The notes beneath the pieces are model-generated. The model was given only the letters and a program-made list of their open reading frames with translations, did no database searches and had not been told where the DNA came from. From an uncultured Candidatus Micrarchaeota archaeon (GTDB taxonomy: Archaea; Micrarchaeota; Micrarchaeia; Burarchaeales; Fermentimicrarchaeaceae), in NCBI GenBank assembly GCA_963760615.1, contig CAVXDX010000008.1, forward strand, positions 97,459-161,458: a stretch of DNA of 64,000 nt, read 5' to 3'. A program made the position numbers and the translations under genes. The first letter of the stretch is position 1; each line of letters starts with the position of its first letter. Shown piece after piece: positions 8,374 through 14,940 of the stretch.

Positions 8374-9426
8374 TCAACCCATCTTATCAGGAAGCTTCGG
8401 TGCCTTCCTTATCAGCTCGTCAATGTCGGTTATGCCTGTCTTAAACTTCTCCAGGCTTACCCCATACATCTTCACTTCCTTCTGGCCCACCACAACAAGA
8501 TTAGCCTCCTCTATTCCTAGAAACAAGCCCCTCGCTTTGCATCTCTTTTCAAAATCATCCAATCTCTCTTTACCAACTATTGCCTGCAATGTGTAATAAT
8601 CCCTGAAACCCTCGCTGTATCTCCTTGCCTTGCCTGCTTCGTCCCTCCATACGTCAAAATTCAAATATTTATCCTGAGGGTGATCATAGTCCCCCATCCC
8701 ATGTTTATGTTTATAAAATGCAGGGAGAGGAGTTGCTATTTTATCCATAAAACTTATAGCATAAAACGCCCTGACAAATGCATCCTTGCTGCTGAGCAAT
8801 TCAGTCTCGGCGAAAGTGGCTTTGCCTTCGCTGTACCTCTGCATAGCCCTCCGCAGCCTTTTTGCATCCTCACCCCCAGTACGGAATTTATGTAAATCCT
8901 CCCAAAAAAGAGCCAGCCTACGGGCACTTTCATCACGTATATGGTCCATCTCGTGCAATATTGCTCCAATCGACGAAATGGCGGATTCCTGCGCGTAATA
9001 CAGCACTCGGGTGCCGTCCTTCTCACGGCTTCCATGCCAATCTCCGTCATAAGATTTGAGTATTCTCAAACCTTGAGTTTCCATCCCATGATTTTTCTTT
9101 ACATACTCAAGTACCTGCATAAAGTGATCCCTTGACTGGATTGAGAGGGGCAAATTGTTCTCTTCAGCAAAGTGGTTATCAAGATACCGAACTAGCGGGC
9201 TGTTGCCTAACCGGAACATTCTGCCTGCCTTTATAGTCTCGCTGTATCTGTACGGATCCTTTATTTCCTTCAGCCTCTCTCTCGCCCAGTCTCCCATCCA
9301 CGCCTTTACTTCCTTTTGTTTCTCCAATGTGCCCAGCGCCTCATCAGCTATCTTCCAGCATTTTTCATAGAGTCCCTTGGCTTCTTCGCTTAAAACCAGC
9401 TCGCTTGACTTTGTAGCTGTTACCAT
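8374..9426 (-). CDS. HExxH zincin-like putative metallopeptidase (family member C)
   Basis: 350 aa; HEMDH followed 12 residues later by W, as in ORFs 10639..11589 and 45159..46139; cassette promoter. Confidence 0.5.
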   Translation of the reverse strand: MVTATKSSELVLSEEAKGLYEKCWKIADEALGTLEKQKEVKAWMGDWARERLKEIKDPYRYSETIKAGRMFRLGNSPLVRYLDNHFAEENNLPLSIQSRDHFMQVLEYVKKNHGMETQGLRILKSYDGDWHGSREKDGTRVLYYAQESAISSIGAILHEMDHIRDESARRLALFWEDLHKFRTGGEDAKRLRRAMQRYSEGKATFAETELLSSKDAFVRAFYAISFMDKIATPLPAFYKHKHGMGDYDHPQDKYLNFDVWRDEAGKARRYSEGFRDYYTLQAIVGKERLDDFEKRCKARGLFLGIEEANLVVVGQKEVKMYGVSLEKFKTGITDIDELIRKAPKLPDKMG

Positions 9427-9566
9427 GCCTAAATTATGCCTCTTTTGATATATTAAGATTACTTTGGAAGTTGGAATCTGAACTCAAAAGTAACTGCCCG
9501 CCCTTGGCATCCTGAACTGAAATGTTAATGCCCAGCTGTAGCTTTGAACTGAAATAGTCAAGAACC

Positions 9567-9701
9567 TTAATATACTCCTGAATAACAGACCACCTTTTTT
9601 ATCTTTCTAGTTCCAACCGTTCCGTCAGGAAGAATAAATGCCTTATATCTAGCCCTTCGCTTCTTTTCCCGCTTATAAATGCAACCTCTTGGAGCTTTCA
9701 T
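9567..9701 (-). CDS. small basic protein (44 aa)
   Basis: Not in the ORF track (under 60 aa); AGGTGGT Shine-Dalgarno 5 nt before ATG; MKAPRGCIYKREKKRRARYKAF...; co-directional downstream of the CxxCxxCC gene. Confidence 0.3.
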   Translation of the reverse strand: MKAPRGCIYKREKKRRARYKAFILPDGTVGTRKIKKVVCYSGVY

Positions 9702-9764
9702 TTATACCACCTCTATTTTTTAACTTCTTTTTTTGTTAATTCATCTTTTTGTTTCGTCATGATT

Positions 9765-10196
9765 TCACTCCCACAATTTTTTAATTACCTCATCAACAGT
9801 TATCGTTTCAAAAATTGGGCAGTCCTTTTTTTCAAAGTCTATTATCTTCTGTATCTTTTCCCTGTTCCATTTTTCTACTCCTCTGAATAAGTTATCTGGG
9901 CCGATAGCACAGAAATCAGGTCTTTCCTTATCCCAAACCGAGCAGTAATATTTTCCGTCTTTCATATATAGTTTAGCACACTCTTTTTTGAATGTTATCT
10001 GCTTCATGTCGAGTCCATCCCCAAATGTAAAAGGCGTGTCCTCTGTGATCTCTGTGATAATTGTATTATCGAGCATCCATCTAAACCTAAGTGCGGAGTC
10101 TAAAGTATCGTATAGAGTATATTCCTTGCAACACTTGGCACATCTTTGGCATATCTCCGAGTTTGCCAATTTGCTTTTGTTCCCGATTATTGTCAT
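9765..10196 (-). CDS. CxxCxxCC putative zinc/iron-chelating domain protein (YkgJ-like)
   Basis: 143 aa; CQRCAKCC motif plus additional Cys; start overlaps the TBP stop by 4 nt (ATGA). Confidence 0.55.
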   Translation of the reverse strand: MTIIGNKSKLANSEICQRCAKCCKEYTLYDTLDSALRFRWMLDNTIITEITEDTPFTFGDGLDMKQITFKKECAKLYMKDGKYYCSVWDKERPDFCAIGPDNLFRGVEKWNREKIQKIIDFEKKDCPIFETITVDEVIKKLWE

Positions 10197-10507
10197 CTGC
10201 TCACCTTCTTGGGGACTGGCAGAGGTTTTGTATGGGGAGCCAGTAGCTTTATCGCTCGCTCTAAGGCATACTTCACTTCTCTCTCATTCTTGCAGCCTGT
10301 GCATATTACCTTGCCGTTCTTGAAGAGCAGAAGAGATGCCTTTGGATCTTTGAACTTGAGTATTGCACCTGGGAACTGCTCTGGCTCATACTCCACATTC
10401 CTGATTTTGCTGGCAATAGTGTAAAGGTCAAGCTCCACTCCCAGATTGGCTGAAGCTACTATGTTCTCTATCTTGAACGATGGATCAATTGTAAGTTTCT
10501 TTGTCAA
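10193..10507 (-). CDS. single-repeat TATA-box-binding protein (one TBP domain only)
   Basis: 104 aa, TTG start; KIENIVASANLGVELDL...VEYEPEQFPGAI...DPKASLLLFKNGKVICTGCK is unmistakable TBP repeat sequence; no second repeat upstream or downstream. Confidence 0.7.
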   Translation of the reverse strand: MTKKLTIDPSFKIENIVASANLGVELDLYTIASKIRNVEYEPEQFPGAILKFKDPKASLLLFKNGKVICTGCKNEREVKYALERAIKLLAPHTKPLPVPKKVSR

Positions 10508-10638
10508 TGAAACACCTTCTCTGCCCCTTCCAGCCCATTTCTACTTAAAACCACCTGTTAGATGCCTCCCACCATACTCTCACTCATCAAATAGTTCTGT
10601 TCTGTAGTATATTAAGATTGCTTTGGCTTGAGAATAAG

Positions 10639-11589
10639 CTAAACCCTCCCTTCCTTCAGATCTCTCAGATACTCATCCGGATGATCTATGTGCCTCATGG
10701 TAAGAGGAGGATGTTTAATCGTGTATTTGATTGGGTTTTCCCCGGTTTTTTTCTCTATATACCCCAAGAACGCCATGCCCTTGGAATTTAGAGGTTGCTC
10801 CTCGTCCTCCTTAAGCAGTGTGGACTGTCTCATAGCCTTGTAGGAGTAACCAAATTTGCTTATAACCCGGTACCCGGCGTAGTATGCAATGCCCTCGTCG
10901 AAAGCTTGCCGGGCGTCAATCCCGTCTCTGACTATCTGCCATCTCGCCTCCATAGCTTCCTCATCCCCTGCTAGTTCAGAGTGGATTTTTACCTGCTCAC
11001 GTATGGAGTCTACAGACCAGTTCGCAACCTCAGGAATATTCTCCTTGATTGTTTGGTGCAGCTGCTCGTGGACAAAAGTGTTAAGGACAAGAAACCTCTC
11101 GATTCTCTTCCCTTCCTCGCTGTTTGGGCTGACTAGTTGCACTGCGCACTGCAGTCTAAACAGCTCTTCAATGTTGTCCCGCACAATATATGCGGTATTT
11201 TGCTCAGAGCTGAAAAAACCGGAAGTAGCTCTAAAAATGCTGGGCATATCGAAATCAACACCTTCCATTATCTCCCGTCTGAGCTCTTCGAGGAGAGTCT
11301 TATCGGACATGAACTTTTTGGATGTCGAGTAGAACTCTTCCTGCGTCATTTTCGTCGCTTCATCCCTGCTAATGAATTTTATGCTTATCTCGCCTTTTTT
11401 AAAACTCGTACTTACTTTCATCCCTGTTATGTCTTCGATACGTTTTGCAACTTGCATTATTTCGTATTTCGAAGGCACGTATAGCTCGGTTGGTGGAGAA
11501 GCAGATTCGCTATTAGTTTTATCTGCACCATGAAGTCTGATTATATGGTCCTTTATGTTCGTATCAGCTGATGGCTTAACAGTCCACAT
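10639..11589 (-). CDS. HExxH zincin-like putative metallopeptidase (family member D)
   Basis: 316 aa; HEQLH-x12-W and FDEGIAYYAGY (EGxAxY-like); cassette promoter at 11590-11622; palindrome at 11628-11641. Confidence 0.5.
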   Translation of the reverse strand: MWTVKPSADTNIKDHIIRLHGADKTNSESASPPTELYVPSKYEIMQVAKRIEDITGMKVSTSFKKGEISIKFISRDEATKMTQEEFYSTSKKFMSDKTLLEELRREIMEGVDFDMPSIFRATSGFFSSEQNTAYIVRDNIEELFRLQCAVQLVSPNSEEGKRIERFLVLNTFVHEQLHQTIKENIPEVANWSVDSIREQVKIHSELAGDEEAMEARWQIVRDGIDARQAFDEGIAYYAGYRVISKFGYSYKAMRQSTLLKEDEEQPLNSKGMAFLGYIEKKTGENPIKYTIKHPPLTMRHIDHPDEYLRDLKEGRV

Positions 11590-11622
11590 GCTGAGATTAT
11601 GCCTCTTTCAATATTTAAGCTT
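11590..11622 (-). promoter_or_regulatory. conserved promoter cassette (TATA + GGCATAATCTnRRC) directly preceding ATG
   Basis: Coding strand CTTAAATATTGAAAGAGGCATAATCTCAGC-ATG; near-identical at 7194-7232, 8280-8312, 9427-9462, 46140-46172; weaker at 13986-14020 and 30207-30243. Confidence 0.6.
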
Positions 11623-11627
11623 GCTTT

Positions 11628-11641
11628 GTAACCATGGTTAC
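11628..11641. promoter_or_regulatory. perfect 14-bp palindrome GTAACCATGGTTAC abutting the TATA box of ORF 10639..11589
   Basis: Exact palindrome 8 nt upstream of TATA (ATATTTAAG at 11611-11619). Confidence 0.6.
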
Positions 11642-11721
11642 ATTCTCCGCCAAATCTCATCTTCGCTTTGGTATTAGCCTGTTTCTCGGCAGATTTAAAT
11701 ATCAGAAATGGCGTAATTTAA

Positions 11722-12186
11722 GTGCTGAGATTTATGGTAACAACTGTGATGGATGAACCAAAAATGCGGGTAGAAATGCAAAGGAAATACTTTAAAGAAA
11801 AAGATTACAAAGTGGTAGAAGTTCCTAGAAGCAGGCTGGGTGAACTGTCCCACATATGGAGCCTGCTGCCAAGGATCGGGTATGACGAAGGCAAACCTCA
11901 GCCCAGTATGATTCCTGTCGGTTTTGTAAAAAAAGAAGACGAAAAATGGCATCTTTTGGGTGTAGTAAAGCATCAGGATGTATTGCATCATGTACCAGGA
12001 TCATCGGATTTGTTTGTAGAACCGCTAACAGGGAAATTAAGCATAACTCCAAAACCCCAAGACGATATAACACGAAATATGGTTGAGGTTCTTGTTGCAA
12101 GGCTTCCAGAGCCATTAAAAACCAAGCTGTATGAAGCAGCCCTAAAGCATGCGGATTTAGGCAGGGATATGTTCGTAAAGGATTAG
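11722..12186 (+). CDS. hypothetical protein
   Basis: 154-aa ORF. Confidence 0.4.
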   Translation: MLRFMVTTVMDEPKMRVEMQRKYFKEKDYKVVEVPRSRLGELSHIWSLLPRIGYDEGKPQPSMIPVGFVKKEDEKWHLLGVVKHQDVLHHVPGSSDLFVEPLTGKLSITPKPQDDITRNMVEVLVARLPEPLKTKLYEAALKHADLGRDMFVKD

Positions 12187-12198
12187 GACACCGCCAGA

Positions 12199-12756
12199 TT
12201 ACAGCTCTCCCTTCATCTTCTCAAGCAGAAAATCAAATCTAGTAAAGCCCGCTTCCTCGTTGATATGCCCCGCATTCTTCAGGATAATCAGTTCTGCTTT
12301 GAGGTTTTTTGCAAGATTTCTGCCCTGCTCAAGTGGTACATAGGGGTCGTTATCTGAGTTCATCACATAGAACTTTCCGCAGTTTCTCCTTATTTTATTC
12401 CAGTCGAACTGCTTTCCCACGAATGTTCCAATAAATTCATCAAACTCCGGGTTATCCAGAGGAGTTGTGAAACCTGCGACAAAAAAAGCCGCCTTAACAG
12501 GTTTATCCAGTCTTTCAATCACGCTAAGAAGGAATGCAACTCCCAGGCTGTGACCGACAACAATGGAGTTTTCCAGCTGAGGCTTATACTTTTCAAATGC
12601 ATCCAGCCAGTTCTGCAGCTTCGGGTCTTCGGGGTTGGGAAGCTGCGGGACAAGCACTCTGCAGCCCAGCTTCTTCAGCTCATTTTTAAGCCAAGGAAGC
12701 CAGTTCTCAGAGGGGCTTCCGCCAATGCCGTGTATAATGAAGACGTTAGTCATCAC
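12199..12756 (-). CDS. alpha/beta serine hydrolase (RBBP9/YdeN-like)
   Basis: 185 aa; IIHGIGGSP, GHSLG nucleophile elbow, late AGH catalytic His. Confidence 0.6.
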   Translation of the reverse strand: MMTNVFIIHGIGGSPSENWLPWLKNELKKLGCRVLVPQLPNPEDPKLQNWLDAFEKYKPQLENSIVVGHSLGVAFLLSVIERLDKPVKAAFFVAGFTTPLDNPEFDEFIGTFVGKQFDWNKIRRNCGKFYVMNSDNDPYVPLEQGRNLAKNLKAELIILKNAGHINEEAGFTRFDFLLEKMKGEL

Positions 12757-13769
12757 AAAACCTTGAAATCCACCACAACCTGCACAATTCCGGGAGCGAA
12801 AGGCCTCACTATCCTCTTCCCGATTATTTCCGCCTTTCTCCCGCTGAGCTTTGCTTCGCTTATGACAAGCCTCTCAGCATCCTCAAACGGGTTTTTCTCA
12901 GGGGCAAACTGGTATATGTGTATTACGCAGTTCTTCCTTGCCGCAAGGAAAGCTTCTGAAAGGAATTTCTCAGCCCCTTTTGGGAGAGGCATTAGAATCC
13001 TGTCCGCGGAATTCACAAATTTTTTCGGAATGATATCCTTAACATCTCCCAGTATGGGAGTTATCATCTCCTGCATCCTGTTCAGCCTTATGTTTTCTTG
13101 CATGTACTTGAATGCAACAGGATTCAGCTCTATTGCTTCAATTTTCACCCTCGGCTGCATTTTGGTAATCACTATGGGAAAGGGCCCCACTCCAGCAAAC
13201 ATTGCAAGGATTTTCTCTCCAGGCTTCACCTGTTCTGCAATTCTTTCCCTCTCGAAAGACAGCCTTGGGGTGAAGTAAACTTTCGCAACATCAAGCCGGA
13301 ACCTGCAGCCATTCTCCTTGTACTCCGCAACCGTCCTTTTCTCGCCTGCGAGGAACTTCAGCTTCCTTATCCTGTACACACCTTCCATGGGCCCGAGCTT
13401 CTTGTAGACTGATTTGACATTCCTGTGCACGCTGAGCAAAGAATCTGCAATGAGCTTCTCCTTTTTCTCAAGCTCCTTGGGAATTTCAACTATTGCAATA
13501 TCTCCGATAACATCGAAAGACTTCACTACCGAGTTGAGCTCTTCCGCTGTTAATTTACCTTTCAAGCTCTCCTCAAGCGAGAGGACTCGTGGGGCTCTTT
13601 TCTCAAGCTTCTTTTCAATGAGCTTGAAGCTCTTGAATCCGCCCTTCAGAGGGAAGTAAATTCCTGTTGGCTCAGCTTTGGGGGAATAACTGTTGTCAAG
13701 CAAGTTTAGCGAGATGAGCTCTTTTCTGACTCTCTCCGCGTCTTTTCTCTTAACGAGTATGCATTTCAT
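12753..13769 (-). CDS. trm5: tRNA (guanine37-N1)-methyltransferase Trm5 (Met-10+ family)
   Basis: 338 aa; DMFAGVGPF SAM-binding motif and overall Trm5/TYW2 architecture. Confidence 0.7.
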   Translation of the reverse strand: MKCILVKRKDAERVRKELISLNLLDNSYSPKAEPTGIYFPLKGGFKSFKLIEKKLEKRAPRVLSLEESLKGKLTAEELNSVVKSFDVIGDIAIVEIPKELEKKEKLIADSLLSVHRNVKSVYKKLGPMEGVYRIRKLKFLAGEKRTVAEYKENGCRFRLDVAKVYFTPRLSFERERIAEQVKPGEKILAMFAGVGPFPIVITKMQPRVKIEAIELNPVAFKYMQENIRLNRMQEMITPILGDVKDIIPKKFVNSADRILMPLPKGAEKFLSEAFLAARKNCVIHIYQFAPEKNPFEDAERLVISEAKLSGRKAEIIGKRIVRPFAPGIVQVVVDFKVL

Positions 13770-13826
13770 AAGGTATATTTAAGGAGTAAACTCTTTAATT
13801 CATTTCTTAGAATGGGGGGAATTGCT

Positions 13827-13985
13827 CTACTCAAGTTTTCCCCTAAGTTTCTTTGCGACTTTCTCAGCTGGTCCTGAGAGTGATATTTCCGACGCCTCTC
13901 TGTTTACACCAGGGGCATGTGTTACGAATTGTGGCTCCTCAACTATCTTCTGATGCCTTTTTAGTGTTCCTGACACGAGTATCAC
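13827..13985 (-). CDS. small hypothetical protein (52 aa, GTG start) carrying the cassette promoter
   Basis: GAATTATGCC...TACTATTTAAAAG cassette at 13986-14020 directly upstream; ORF under 60 aa so absent from the track. Confidence 0.3.
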   Translation of the reverse strand: MILVSGTLKRHQKIVEEPQFVTHAPGVNREASEISLSGPAEKVAKKLRGKLE

Positions 13986-14071
13986 CAGTTTGAATTATGC
14001 CGTTTATACTATTTAAAAGCACTGGATACCACACCGAAGAAAGCTTTAATATTCACAGGTAAAATTATGTT

Positions 14072-14938
14072 ATGGAGAATGAAGCGAAAGGCTCTCTGCT
14101 CATTGTATTGGCATGTCTCATGTACAGTTTCATAGGGGTTTTCTCGAGGTTTGCAGGCATAAACTTATTCGCTCTGGTTTTCTACAAGGAAGTGCTCGCT
14201 GCGCTCTTCTTTTTCTTCATATTTCTTTTTGCCCGCAAGGATGCGGGTAAGTTGAAGATGAATTGGGAGATGGCGAAATTTTTCATCCCCTACGCGCTTG
14301 TCGTTACCATAACTGAAGTGACGTTCATTGGAGCGTATCTGAACACAAGTATGATAAACGCTATATTCTTGGGTGGCCTGACTCCAGTATTTGTTGCTGT
14401 GCTATCCTTCTTCTTTCTGAAAGAGAAGTTGAACCTAACAACACTTCTCTCTTTGATTCTTGGGGTTACGGGAATAGGTTTCATTGCGGGAGCTGACCTG
14501 CTTGGCGTGCTTAATGGGAAAAACCTCCTTGGAGATGCTCTGGCAGTGATTTATGCCATAGCCTACGCCGTCTTTATCATATACGGGAGGGAAAGGGCGA
14601 AGAGGAAGGTGGATATCTACTATTCTGTTTTCTGGTCGTATGCAATTGCAGCTCTTTTCCTACTCCCAGTTGATTTGGTGTATGGCACACTGGCAATCCC
14701 ATTGGAATCAGTGGTATGGATTGTGCTGCTAGCTTTCCTATGTACGAATATAGCCTTCATCCTATTCTGCAAGGGCTTTGAGTATATTGATGCGCCGAAG
14801 GGCAGCATAGTTACGTTGGCAGAGCAGGTGTTTGTGACTATCAATGCATTCCTTTTCTTTGGGGAGAACCTGAGTCTTTTCGCGGTTATAGGCGCAGTTC
14901 TAATCTGCTCTTCAGTTGTTCTGGAAGAGATGAGATAA
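14072..14938 (+). CDS. EamA/DMT-family transporter
   Basis: 288 aa, about 10 TM helices in two halves. Confidence 0.6.
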   Translation: MENEAKGSLLIVLACLMYSFIGVFSRFAGINLFALVFYKEVLAALFFFFIFLFARKDAGKLKMNWEMAKFFIPYALVVTITEVTFIGAYLNTSMINAIFLGGLTPVFVAVLSFFFLKEKLNLTTLLSLILGVTGIGFIAGADLLGVLNGKNLLGDALAVIYAIAYAVFIIYGRERAKRKVDIYYSVFWSYAIAALFLLPVDLVYGTLAIPLESVVWIVLLAFLCTNIAFILFCKGFEYIDAPKGSIVTLAEQVFVTINAFLFFGENLSLFAVIGAVLICSSVVLEEMR

Positions 14939-14940
14939 GT

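Noticed and set aside
9730-9764. 15-codon ORF MTKQKDELTKKEVKK immediately after the CxxCxxCC gene
   Set aside because: It is too short and low-complexity and has no Shine-Dalgarno; it is probably intergenic.
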